Positions 34,862 to 46,590 of a stretch of DNA of 64,000 nucleotides are shown one piece after another (the first letter of the stretch is position 1; every line of letters starts with the position of its first letter). The stretch covers positions 2,084,436 through 2,148,435 of the forward strand of contig SMSO01000031.1 of the NCBI GenBank assembly GCA_004764695.1. Reading direction: 5' to 3'. This stretch comes from Schizochytrium sp. TIO01. Its lineage: Eukaryota; Protista; Bigyra: Labyrinthulomycetes. Under the pieces are notes generated by a model that was not told the origin of the DNA, ran no database searches, and saw only the letters and a program-made list of their open reading frames with translations. A program made the translations under genes and the position numbers.

Positions 34862-36640
34862 TCAATAGTGAGCATTGGAGTGGTGGTGTTGCTGAGGAGC
34901 TTGCTGACGCCGAATTTGTTGTTGCTGCTGTTCTAAATTCTCGTCTTGGTGATGACCGTCGTGTGAACTCATTGAAGGACCTTGCTGTTGGGCAAGCCCC
35001 TCCCGTGCAAGTGACATGAAGCTCGGATTTTCGTGCGGAAATGGGTTGCGAGCATCTCTCAGAGTAGAAGCATTCTGCTGAAGCATTTCTGAATTGATCA
35101 TTGCATAACGATTTCCATCCTGAGGAGGTATAAGTTGAGATGCGGATGAATGTTCACTGTGTTGCATGTGCTCATGTGTGAGTTGATGCTGGTGAGCAGG
35201 GGAGTGAGAATGGGTATGGAGTAGGTTTGGATGCGGGGAGTGGTGCATTTGTGTTTGTGCGAGTCGGCCATGATTTGAAATGTGATGATGTGAGTTGTGG
35301 GAGTGTGGGTTGATCGGCGAGGAGTGGTGTTGTAATGAATCGTGAGATCCTTCAGGGGGGCGAATATGGTGAGAATGATCGTCCTTTGGATCATCATCTT
35401 CTTCAGCGCTAGGCGTAGGAATCATGATGTCTGTGTTTGAGGCGGAAAGCTTGGGCCTTTTTCGTTGCATGTTTTTCTTCTCCCCAGAAAGCTCGAGTAC
35501 GCGGAGTTTGAGTTCTTGACGTGACATGGAATTAACGGGAGTGAATTTGCTGACCTTCTGTGAGGTAACGGTTTCCTGTAGTGATTTTTCATCAACGGAA
35601 AGTTTTTTTAGCATCTTTTGGCATGGTCCACACCGACGAGCCCGTTTGGAGACCGGGTCAAAGGCCAGTTGACACTCCTTTGCACGAACCAGATGACCAC
35701 TTGCACCAGTGCCAGGGTTTACGCCAACCTCCACAGCGCGATGGATCGTGTTACCTGATACACCACCACCCACGACAATGCGTTGGCCACATGTAAGCTG
35801 TTGAAAATTTTGCTGTAGCTCTTCAGACATTTCTCCAAAAGTTTCGGCTTTCTTCATGGCGTATTGTGGATGTGAGAAGTTATCACCATGACAAATCATA
35901 AGCTTGGAAGCTCGTGAAAGTACCTCGGTAAGTTCATCACATGAATTAACATCTTCACTAAAGTTTGGGACGATGACAGGCTGCCCAAGTCGTTTGATCG
36001 TAACCTTTCGCTTATCGAGGTGGAGAACGACAGAGATATCTTGAAAAGCATGGCCAGCTGGGAGATCTAAAAGAGCAGGCATGCGCAGGAAGACGATGAT
36101 ACGATTCTCTGCGTCAAGCACGCCAATCCACTCGCCAATAGGCTTAGATGCAAGGCTTTCGAGTGTTGCAACAGTGTGTGCATCATTGACCATGTCGTGG
36201 AATCTGCGCAGAGCATTTCTGCTATCCACGTCAGCCACTTCAAGTGCCTTGTCCACGTTCGCTGAAGATAACTGCTTCATCATCGTTTGATGCGAGTTTA
36301 TATCCCATTCGACACGGTCATCAAAATAAACTACAGTTTCTTCACCGTTGCTTGGTGATTTAAGTACGTAAGATACTGCGATTCGTCCCATTTCGAAGTC
36401 ACCCATATCGGTTGCGTCCGTCACTTGCATGCATTTGTCCGTCATCTCCTTCGCATTAAAACCACGTCTCTGCCCTCCTTTCAATATCTTCAATGCATTT
36501 GCCCAATCTTCATCGCTCGTGATCCCAGGCTCAGGCTTTAGGTCGCTCACGCGTATCCATTTTCTCTTTTGTGGAAATCGCAGAACCAGTCGGGCCAGTT
36601 TCTCTCCACAGCCGTCATGCTCACCATGGTGCACCGCCAT
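34862..36640 (-). CDS. Putative nuclear protein: Cys-containing central domain, coiled coil, NLS-like QRKRPK, His/Gln-rich disordered tail
   Basis: Long ORF, first ATG at 36640; motifs ICHGDN and ECQL..RRCGPCQK. Confidence 0.75.
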   Translation of the reverse strand: MAVHHGEHDGCGEKLARLVLRFPQKRKWIRVSDLKPEPGITSDEDWANALKILKGGQRRGFNAKEMTDKCMQVTDATDMGDFEMGRIAVSYVLKSPSNGEETVVYFDDRVEWDINSHQTMMKQLSSANVDKALEVADVDSRNALRRFHDMVNDAHTVATLESLASKPIGEWIGVLDAENRIIVFLRMPALLDLPAGHAFQDISVVLHLDKRKVTIKRLGQPVIVPNFSEDVNSCDELTEVLSRASKLMICHGDNFSHPQYAMKKAETFGEMSEELQQNFQQLTCGQRIVVGGGVSGNTIHRAVEVGVNPGTGASGHLVRAKECQLAFDPVSKRARRCGPCQKMLKKLSVDEKSLQETVTSQKVSKFTPVNSMSRQELKLRVLELSGEKKNMQRKRPKLSASNTDIMIPTPSAEEDDDPKDDHSHHIRPPEGSHDSLQHHSSPINPHSHNSHHHISNHGRLAQTQMHHSPHPNLLHTHSHSPAHQHQLTHEHMQHSEHSSASQLIPPQDGNRYAMINSEMLQQNASTLRDARNPFPHENPSFMSLAREGLAQQQGPSMSSHDGHHQDENLEQQQQQIRRQQAPQQHHHSNAHY

Positions 36641-37854
36641 GGTCCTGGAGGTTTTGCTCAAAAGGGTCCCTCAAGCCAAGTTGAGTCTGTTCAATATCGC
36701 AAGACTTTTCTAGGCCCTCCGCAGGACCTTGTCAAGCCCCCAGAATGCTCGCGACCCCGAGCAACGCCTCAAAAGGGGCGTCAACCTCGCCACTGTGCTC
36801 GCGATTCGTGTCTGCTATCCCATCATTTATTTTTCTTTTCTTTTCTACTTTCTGTGCCGATTTTTCATCACCTACAAAACAACTCAAAACAATGTGTTTA
36901 TTTTCTAACTAAACCCCCAAAAGCCAACTTTAACTTTTTCTTTTGTTTTTGTTGTTATTATAGAAATTAAAAGCCTGACTGATTCTGCAGTGAAGACATT
37001 CTTCAATCACCGCCGTTGAAAACTCGAAAGCCACGGAACAGTGAAAGTCGCTATGAACGCGCCTAACCATGAACGTATTTTGCATCCTTTTCCGGGTTCT
37101 TACTTGGGAAATCCCAAACAGATCCAAATAAATCAAACCAAACCAAACCAAATTAAATTAAAATGAAATAAGATGAAATGAAATAAGACAGTTTTATATC
37201 TCTGTCACCCTCTCTGTCACTCATCGTTGTCGACTTCAACGAGGTGAGCCAGAACATCGTCGTTTTCAAGTCTCTCTCTCCTTTAAACACTCCAGACTAA
37301 ATCCAAACTGGCGCTTCCAAGCTGTACTTTATGGAGGAAACTGCTGCTTTGATAAGTTTCTCCAGCGATCTTGGCCTTCGATCGCTTCATCATCATTCGT
37401 TGTTCGATTTGTCTTGAGCGACAGAGCCTCTCTCGATTTCTTTTATCCCTCCATTTGCTTTCACACGATTTCTTTTTCCTTTCTTTCTTCTCAAGAATGA
37501 AAAATTTCTCTCGCGCAGCTTGCCTTTTTATTGCCCATACAAGCCCTACCTGCCGCCAATCATATCTAGTATCAGATAATTCAAACGTAAAGCACAAAAG
37601 CCGCCCCGCACTGTCCTTCCGCTCTTGCCGCCGGACCGGCGAAACCAACATGGTCGGACTTTCTACCCCCCTAGCTGGCCCATAGCCGCCCTTTGATTTC
37701 CCCCTATGTGCGTGTTTATCCGATATATCCGTTGGGTTGCGCAGTCCGCATTCGGGTTCCATTGGAAAAAAATTGCGCTCGCTTCGAAGTTCCATCTCTC
37801 AGTCTTTCGTAATCTCCTTTTTCTCTCTTTTCATTTTTTCCCAACTTTGCAGAA

Positions 37855-37900
37855 CAATACAATACAATACAATACAATGCAATGCAATGCAACACAATAC
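37855..37900. repeat. (AATAC)n/(AATGC)n pentamer microsatellite
   Basis: Read directly. Confidence 0.85.
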
Positions 37901-38683
37901 AGAATGACTGACTGACTATTGGACGAGACCACCTTCAGAGCCTATGATGAGCTAGCTTTCAACAACACCAGCAACGACATCAACATTAGGGTAACGATGG
38001 AGAACGACGGATTTGACGATGGTGCCCTTCCTTAGCGGGGGCGAAGATGCGTTCACTATCTATGCATTTATGCATTCGTTTATTTGTGCGTTTATGTATG
38101 TAATGAATCGATCAATCGATTCGTGCATGCATCGTCTGCGTCAAAGCGGTTCTTCCGCTGGTGCCGTGCTCTCTGATCTGCTCTGACCCGGTTCTTGCGG
38201 AGGTCTTCATGGCCCGCTTCGGCTGCAGGTTGCGGAAAGCTAGCTGCCAGAGACGTCGCTGGGACTCGAAGCTCTCGCTCGCAGGCCTCCTTGGCCCATT
38301 CAGCCTCAGCTGTCCCTCGCTGGCGATCGCTCGCTGCGTCGCGCGGAGTTCCACAAGAAGTTTACAAACGTCTGGCGCCAAGTCCAAGCTAAGTCAAGCT
38401 TTTGGAGCCCATTTTGCACAAGAAAGACTTCGGCGGCGAAGACGACGACGACGACGACGATGACGACGAAGTCTTTCTTGTCGTGTCGATGGCACCAACC
38501 GCCCTCCCGTTCTTCAAGTTCGCCCTTTCCTCGAGGTGTCTGATGACTTCCTCCACGATGCGCAAAAGGGTCCCAGAATCCTCGAGCTCTACCTGCCTTA
38601 GGAACGACGGTCTCGAGGATCATTCAATGACTCAATCAATCAATTCATAACTCAGTCGCTCAATTCATATCTCAATCGATAAC

Positions 38684-38740
38684 TCAATCAATCAATCAAT
38701 GAGTCGATTGATTGAGTGATTGATTGATTGATTGATTGAT
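38684..38740. repeat. Head-to-head (TCAA)n / (GATT)n microsatellite pair
   Basis: TCAATCAATCAATCAAT followed after 5 nt by GATTGATTG...; the two arms are mutually complementary. Confidence 0.85.
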
Positions 38741-38959
38741 TACACTTTCCAAAGGGCGGAGTTGCACGTTTTCTGTCACGGGGTGCACCGTCTCAAACCG
38801 ACTGCGTTCGCCCTGCCTGGAGCAGGCCTGCTGCCGAGTACTGCTCCATGAACGTGAAGGCGGAGGTCGTCGATCGATTGGAAACTACAGATCCATTGAC
38901 TCATTCATTCACTGGTTCGTTCATTGATTCATTGATTCATTCAATCAATCATTTAATCT

Positions 38960-39232
38960 TTCATTCATTCATTCATTCATTCATTCATTCATTCATTCGC
39001 ACATCGATTACACGCCAGCAAAGCCAAGGCGTTACCTTTCCCGCCGTTACGCCGCGCAATGCTTCGCTCGATTTTGATTGCTTCGAACACTCATATAAGT
39101 AAGTACCAACTATGGCGATGTTAGGTGATATAGATAGTGTAGCAGTATGTAAGTATGTATGTATGTATTCATTCACTCATGCGCACGTACCTATATAATG
39201 CGTATAGTGAGTGAGTGAGTGAGTGAGTGAGT
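38960..39232. repeat. Cluster of tetranucleotide microsatellites: (TTCA)n, (GTAT)n, (GAGT)n
   Basis: Read directly at about 38960-38997, 39146-39168 and 39206-39232. Confidence 0.88.
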
Positions 39233-41344
39233 GCGTTATCCATCGTAAGCGATTCTTCTTCCTTTGTGAAGGAGCGCTTTCTTCGCGTTCATGTTCATGA
39301 TGGTGATGATGATGGTGAGGATGGTGATATGATATACATTTGCCAACGGCGAGTGAGGGAGGGATAGCCTGTTAGGTGGGTCGGTGGTAAATAAATAAGC
39401 GGGAAGGAAAGAAGAACTTGGTTTTCATGGCGATTGCTTTGTTTGCTTTTTTTTGCACGTAGTGATCTTCAGTGAGAGCTTCAGTCTCCACAAAAGTAAT
39501 AGTAGCACCTAAGAGGTGCGCCGTGGCTCTCGTGTTATGCTGATGTTGGGTTATCCTGGTGCCCTGGAGACGTAGACTTGAATTGTTTTAGCTTCGTTTG
39601 CCTTGCCTGCCTTGAGAGAAGAAGGAGAAGCGGTAGAACTTCAGGGTGGAGGCACACATCGCAGGGTTCATCGGCTCGGCCCTTCGCCTTTGTAGAGACT
39701 TTGATTTGGGTTATATTTTTTAATGGGAAAACTAAACAAACAAAAATCTTACGTTTACTCAGTAAAGAAACCAACAAAAAGCAATCTCACTCTTATACAC
39801 AACAGAAGTACCAACCTACTTGAAGGTCCTGCTGTGATGTGAGGAAACGGCGCCAAGTCAGATCCATTCCGATACCGCTGACGCAGATCTTGACTGCCGA
39901 TGCAAATAGAGAACCTTGCGAACTCTTATGTTCTCTGTGTTTCGCGTTAAAGCAATGATTGCTCCCAAACTTTATAAGGATAGAGCTCTATCCCAACATC
40001 ATCACCGCCCCTGTGCAAGCACGTTTCATGAACCCATGTCTCACTCAGCACCGCTCAATAACCCAACGCATTTCACGGCAATCGCCACGAAACCAAACAA
40101 ACGTTTCTCCATTTCCCACTTGAAATGGCGACGGATGTGATAAACAACTCAATGAATATAAATAAGCAAACTAAGTCCACACTGCCAAAAAGGAAAACCT
40201 GTCTTTTTATCTTTCCTTTTTCACTTACTTTCTCTCCTTGTCAGTAGTTAGTTATTATGAGGTTCTGGGGAGGAGGTACACACCCTCTGCCACCGAGGTC
40301 TCTACAGACAGCATCAGCGGCGATCTCGAGGCCCACAAGCGCGGCAGAACCAGCAGGATCGCAAGCACCTGTAGGCCAGCGCTCGCGTTTGCTCCCGACT
40401 CCAGCAAGCCTCTTAAGACTACTGTCGCGACTTGCTCTGGTACCCGGAGGGAGAATGGGAGCGCCAAGCATGGAGTGCGCGGAGCGAGAGTCCCGATTGT
40501 ATGTATGTATGTATGTATGTATATGTGCCACAGATCCTCATTTATGACCTTCACGGTGAACTTGCTGGAAAAGCTCTCAAGCGCTGGACCAAGACACCTT
40601 GCAGCAGGAGACCACGGGAGGGCTGTGTCCAACCCTCCAAGGATGCAACGCTCAAGGTGGCCGGAGCAAAGCCCTGCTCAGGCGGAGGTCCTGTAGAACC
40701 TCGACGAGAAGCTCGGATTACATCATTTGGTGCAGCACCTTCATCCACCATTTAGGATGGTGAATGGTGGTCAACGCATTAAAGCTCTTCCACTCCAGGC
40801 TCGAGCTCTTATCCTCCGCGGTCTCGCGTGGCGTGCTTGCTGCAGCATTGGTCACGCTTGTGCATCATCTGCAGTTAAGACCTTACTTATCACAATCTCA
40901 AGAGATAGATAGTTTGCAGCAGGCATGGGTCGAGCCCCACTTTGGCTATAAAGTTGTAGGCTCTAAGGACTGCGGATTGTCCAGATACGACCTCGTTCTT
41001 GATGAGTGATGTGCTCTGTCGCTTCTTCTTCGCGATGTAGTAGGGCATTCATGGCCCAAAAGGCAACTGCACAGAAAAAAAACTGAGCATTACAAGCAAG
41101 ACTACGCAAGACCACGCAAAACGCAATATTAAGCCTTGCATAAATTGGGTCTCTGCCTGCACGTGTCCTCTAATGCTTTGATGTGCTATCAACTCCCAAA
41201 GAAAACTCATCTTGATTCTTCTACATACCATTCCGTTGGTAGGCCTAGAGTAGATTATTTCATTGTTTATAAAAACTTTTTTATTAAAAATAATAAAAAT
41301 AATAGGTAACAAAAAAGGAGGGAAAGCCAGAAATAATGAGTTTT

Positions 41345-41909
41345 AGGCGCACTGGCATCAAGGATTGGTGTGCATTTAGGGTCGAGACCTGTTGCCCATC
41401 GTTCCTACTTTGACACAAAGGCCCAAAAAGATATGGGAAGCATAGCATTCAATAAATTCTGCTGATAACGCGCGCTCGGGTGGTGGTTTGTTGAGATGGC
41501 TCCCCAATTCCTTATCTTGGATGATTCTTTTCACTCGATAGGATGCTGCTGATGCTGCATCTATTTCGCCCATTCACGGCATGGGGTACAATTTCGCCAC
41601 GAGCTTGAAAACTCATATTCATGCAAACGGCTGATATACTGTAGGTGCACCCAGATATATTTCGAACAACAACTCTATGGAAAAGAGATAATAAAATTGG
41701 TCTCCATCCACATGGAATTATCCGAGTCCATGGGGAACGACAACCATATACATGAATGAGGATAGAATTGCGCAGATCAAGGCCGGTTTGCTCGACAACA
41801 GGGTGGTGGTCAGACCATCCAGAAAGAGAGCGATGGTGTATGCGTCCGCGATGCGGAGCGGTTGATTGTCAAGATTCATGTAGCTTAGCTTACTTTCGGA
41901 AGTTGGCAT
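41345..41909 (-). pseudogene. Probable decayed TM-RGS (7TM-RGS-like) gene fragment
   Basis: ORFs 41718-41909 and 41376-41573 are in the same frame, separated by four stops. Translation gives LRIADAYTIA, hydrophobic helices, then RIIQDKELGSHLNK..ERALSAEFIECY (RGS helix 3-4-like) and a frameshifted ILDASAPK. Confidence 0.4.
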
Positions 41910-42589
41910 GAAACGGATCTATGACACTGTAGGGTTTTTCGTAATACAGGAAAGCACATTCCAGGCAAACTAATGAGGGGGGAGCAACATTTTTATTTTT
42001 TGATCATGGATAATAAGCTGTGTTAACAACTTGTTAGAAACTTGGGGAAGATGGAGTCAATCTTGGCTACGTAGATTATTTTGCTTAAGACAGCTTAAAC
42101 CTAAGACGAAATAGAAGTCTTTAATTTCTCATCAAGGCTTTTATTAGCAATAGTCATAGCCTGGTTTCGACATCTGAGAACGGCAAACCCGCGCGGGGTC
42201 GTAAACGTGGATGAACTGACCACGTTGCAACAGCGCTGGCAAATCATCGATATAAAGCGTACGCTTGGGGTCTAAGAAAGGTCACGCAGAGATCCCGTAG
42301 CTTAGCAGTGCTGTACGCTTGCGTCGAAACTGCGTTGCAAGCTGTTCGCTGCACTTTGCAGACTGGAGGCAAAGCGGACGTAAACCAGATCAGCTACTGT
42401 TCAACTGTTGCGAAGGACTCCACGATTTGATCAGAAATTATCTGATCTCAATTCAAACGTAAACAACGAGCTGTGCATATTGAGTGGCAACACGCTCCAA
42501 TCACTTGCTTTTCTTTAGGCAGGTGTCAAAGCGCTTCACGGGAAAAGGTAGTACAGCGATACTAGCACAAGCATCAACAACACACCACA

Positions 42590-43698
42590 ATGGGTTCACT
42601 GATTCTCGGGTCTACTTTAGGTAGGTTTGTTTGTTTCTCGAATGCGACCTGCGTTCGTAGAATCGGGCAATAATTCAAGTCAACTAACGTGCTATTATAT
42701 TTTCCTGCTCCTATTTTACATGCGGATTTGCATCTTTACAAACAGACCTTACAAGAGAGAACATTACATTGGCCACCGTGCTCCGTTCACGTGTTTTGAC
42801 TAGTTTCTTACGAGAATATGCGGACTCTCAATACAGTTCTGAGAACCTCGCGTTCATTCAAGCTGAGCTCACATTTCGTGATAACTTCAAAATGTACGAG
42901 AAACAAAATAACCTTAAAGAAGAAGTATTCAAACTTTTCGATGAATATATCGATGATGAGAAATCAACAACACAAATTTGTCTGACTTCTGACGAGTACG
43001 CACAAGCTATCAAAATTCGCGATGACGAGGCAAACTATAATCGATGCATGTTCGAACCTTTCACCTCAAACCCAAGGCTCACTGTCCAAAGGGATATTTT
43101 TCCACGCTTCAGAAATAGCCCCTACTATAAAGAAATGCGCGATCGGGTGCGACACCCCGTGAAGGCATACCTTCAAGATATCGTAATCGAACGACCTTCC
43201 ATTCTTGATAAAGGTTTGACAGATGATATCGCCTCTCATGACTTCACTTTGGAAGAAATTCTGGAGGATCGTGAACTATCCAACGTCTTTCTAGAGTATC
43301 TTGAACGCCAGCTTTGTGGTGAGAATTTAAAGTGCATCATGGCAATCCAAGATTACAAAGCCCGTCACGGCAAGACAGATGTAGAGCCATTAGAAACAAA
43401 GGATCGTGCTTTCGCAATTTACTTTAGCTTTTTGCAGCCTGGAAGCCCTGATGAAGTATCTGTAGAGTCATATTTGCGTCATGACATTGGTGGATCGATT
43501 GCTCGTGAGCTGCCCTCGATTGGACTCTTTGATAGACTCCTCCGCTCTCTCACTCGGCTGCTTAGGCAACAGAACTTTGAAGGATTTCGGAAGAGTACTA
43601 ATTGGGCAGATCTCAACTTTGCTGTACGTGATATGGAGGCCAAACGCAAAAAGAAATCTTCACAGCTTGATGGTTCATCTGCGTGTATCATTGCCTAG
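42590..43698 (+). CDS. Tandem-RGS-domain protein with C-terminal CaaX; two exons (42590-42620, 42746-43698)
   Basis: RGS1: FLREYADSQYSSENLAFI...YIDDEKSTTQICL...RDIFPRFRNS. RGS2: LEEILEDR..FLEYLERQLCGENLKCI...FLQPGSPDEVSV...FEGFRKS. Ends in CIIA. Splicing gives an in-frame N-terminus MGSLILGSTLDLTRENITLATVL. Confidence 0.85.
42621..42745 (+). other. Spliceosomal GT-AG intron, 125 nt
   Basis: Donor AG|GTAGGT, branch-like ACTAAC near 42683, acceptor AACAG|. Removal joins ATG 42590 in frame to the RGS ORF, which otherwise lacks an N-terminal ATG. Confidence 0.75.
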
Positions 43699-44035
43699 AG
43701 TCATGGAGATTTAGAGCGGAAGAAGATTTTATCGGGAATATATTAAAAGAAAATCAATTCTTACGTGTCTTTGCTCATTCAGTTGCCTGTACTTTGTTTC
43801 AAATAGTCGTTATGCCAATTCTACATCAATATTTGTTAATACTAATCTCCCTTGACTCGTTGCAAAAATCTAATATGATGAGAAACCTCTTCTATCTTTA
43901 AAAGTTTATGTTAAAAGAGGAGTGCCTCAATACATTTTGAAATGTCAATTGGCACTTACAAAGTCAAGAGAAGGTATAGCAAAACATTGGACGTCAAGGC
44001 AGTGAGAAGGAAATTAGTTGAGAGCTTATGTTTTA

Positions 44036-45187
44036 TTACTTATTATCGATACGCTCCACCGAGCTCAGGCCCATTAGGTCAATGTAGTCGACTCGTGGCA
44101 AGCTCAACCATCCACCTGAGCTCGACTGTACAGCTACCTGCAAAAGTTCATCTACCATTCCATTGATCGAGGTTTGTGCGTGCAGCTCACCTGATTCGTC
44201 AACCCAGACCTCAATAGGCTTGCTTGGGATAGCTGAGAGAGTCATCAGGTAGTGACCAGGTCGATCTGCGATCGGTTTGCAAGTTGAGCCATAGGCTGTG
44301 TTCCGTTCGAGAATAGTCAAACCCTCTTCCACGCACGGTGTGCGGGCATAAAGGATCCAGTAAACTTTTACAGGTTCCTTCGGATCCAGCGTCTTTCCTG
44401 ATGCATCTAGGTTTGCCTCATAGACCACAACGTTGTTGTTTTCACTTTTTGATACATAAAACAGCACCTTCTTTTGCAAAAACACCTTCATATACATCTC
44501 CGAGGATCTAGCACCCTCAGGGCCATTTGAAGCTGCGAATCTGGCACGGGGAGGAGCACTTTCTGAATCGACCTGCTCCTCGCTCCCAAATGTTGTGGTT
44601 TCACTCGCCACAGTGGTAGAAGTAGGTTCTTGTTCTACAGTCACCGGAGTAAACGCAGGTGGGTCTGGCAATTGCTGCTTTTCCTTCTCAACAGGTGCAG
44701 CTGGTGCTGGCGAGGATTTCATCTCTAACATCTCCACGGCAACGCCTGTTTTGCCTGCTCCGCCAGCCTCTAAGTCATCAGCAGCATAGAAAGCTTCGAG
44801 ATTCCGCTCGTCACTGAAATATTCGCTCGCGACTTGCACGACGTGGCTGAAAAAGTTTGCGTAGAATGTGTTCTCATCAGTGCGGCTTGGTACAAGCGAT
44901 GGCTTCCACTTGGACACTCCGGGCACAAGCTGTGTAATTTCGATAGCCGCATCCCGGTCATCCGCCTTTTTCAGGTCAATTGGGTACGGTCCACGTTGCG
45001 CACAGGCCTGCAGAAAGTTTCCTGGAGCACTCGCCATCTCAATAAGAGCATTTTGAAAGGCTCCAATTTGCTCTGATGCAGCGCCATCATCTTGGCTTCT
45101 CGGCGGCTTCGGTGTGGTGCCATCTCCAAAAGAGAGCATCTTGATCACCTGCGCGACTTTCCATGTTTTCTGCGTCGCGCCCGCCAT
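44036..45187 (-). CDS. Protein with C-terminal DUF4833-like domain, 383 aa
   Basis: LFYVSKSENNNVVVYEANLD..G..LDPKEPVKVYWI....EGLTILER..AYG matches my recollection of DUF4833; preceded by a P/E/T-rich linker and an unknown N-terminal domain. Confidence 0.7.
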   Translation of the reverse strand: MAGATQKTWKVAQVIKMLSFGDGTTPKPPRSQDDGAASEQIGAFQNALIEMASAPGNFLQACAQRGPYPIDLKKADDRDAAIEITQLVPGVSKWKPSLVPSRTDENTFYANFFSHVVQVASEYFSDERNLEAFYAADDLEAGGAGKTGVAVEMLEMKSSPAPAAPVEKEKQQLPDPPAFTPVTVEQEPTSTTVASETTTFGSEEQVDSESAPPRARFAASNGPEGARSSEMYMKVFLQKKVLFYVSKSENNNVVVYEANLDASGKTLDPKEPVKVYWILYARTPCVEEGLTILERNTAYGSTCKPIADRPGHYLMTLSAIPSKPIEVWVDESGELHAQTSINGMVDELLQVAVQSSSGGWLSLPRVDYIDLMGLSSVERIDNK

Positions 45188-46590
45188 TTTTCTTTGCTAC
45201 TCACGCACTTTCGGCACGAAGTAAGATACGCTGCTTCGCGACCCCAAGTGAAAACACACCTCAACGCCTTTGCGATTTGTATATGCTTGGCGATACCTCT
45301 TTGATGACCTGGCCTTACTTGTGCTTATCTTTTCTCTTCTTTGCACACGCAGTTCAAGAGAATCGTATCACATGAGTTTCGCTTTTACTAATGTTTTACT
45401 ACTATTTATCATGAGGTTGGCTTTCACCGAAAGTAGCCTTAGGAAGCAGAGATTGTCTAGAAGCCCGGCACTGCGTCCCAGATGTGGCAGCGCTCTTGCA
45501 GAGGCTGCGACGGCTCTTCTAGATAGTAGTTTGATGACAAGGTGGAGCACCATTTGTGCAGACGCATTACTGCACAGAAAGCATACACCAAGTTGCGACT
45601 CAATATACGTTTTTGCAGAAAGGTATGCATTTCATTTGCTAAAAGTATCTGCAATTCTACTTTAACTTTGCTTATCAATCGGCAGACACGGAATGCCAAC
45701 AACAAAAGTCCAGATCTAATGGTGAAAGTGAGCCAAATTCCACATTTCCATTTTATGATTTCCAATCACATTCTTCTACTTTCTAGCTAGTACAATTTTG
45801 CCTTGAAACATAACAGCCCTCCCCACCACCATAATTTGTGATGTCGCGAACTAGAGTCTGTCTGGTTTGGCTTCTCTCCAGAGACCTCAGAGTCTGAATC
45901 GGAATTTGTGCAACTACTTACGACTCGTCTGGTTTTACCTTATCCACTCGCACACCGTCGCTAGCAGGCAATTTAATCTGTGACATCATCATCACCACTG
46001 CAGACCAAGCAATCAATGTTAGCTGCTAGGTAACGAAAACCGCCACGTGTGCGGTGTGCGTGCACCCCTGATCGGCAGCACTTTTCGCACACAAAAGAAC
46101 GGTCACGATTAATGCAAAGCAGAGTCACCACGACTGAAGGCAAATGAAGCAAATCGCTCATCGATGCAAACAAAACTCTTGCCGCAATGCATAATTCTTG
46201 ATAGTAATTAGATGTTCACAGGCAAGCCGGGTATTGAGATCTGGTACAGTCAGTGATTAATTAGCTCCCTCGCATGCATTTGTGGAACTGCTACCTAGCT
46301 CAAATGCAGCCGCTGCAGCTGTAATGAATAATCGACGTCGAGCCAGCTCGACCATAAATGGCGGCGATCATACAAATCTGGTGCACGATGATGTTGGCTT
46401 CTTTGGAGTTACTCATAAATCAACAAATTTGCGCTTAGTACCGCGTTAACTGTTTTTTAAATTAAATTTTTAAGTACTTTAATGATTTCTTTTTTCGTTT
46501 TCATCATTATCATCAACAATCAACGATTCCGCTCAAACAGGTGTAATTGGGGTGGCGCACAAAGGCGGTTTACCGAGGCGTGTGGGCGCG

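Noticed and set aside
41376-41720. In-frame TGA codons as selenocysteine or readthrough
   Set aside because: A TAA also interrupts the frame, positions are not Cys-like and no SECIS was seen; decay is the simpler explanation.
42204-42226. Hairpin AACGTGG-ATGAACTGA-CCACGTT with box C/D-like loop
   Set aside because: A 7-bp stem is expected many times by chance in 64 kb; no other snoRNA features.
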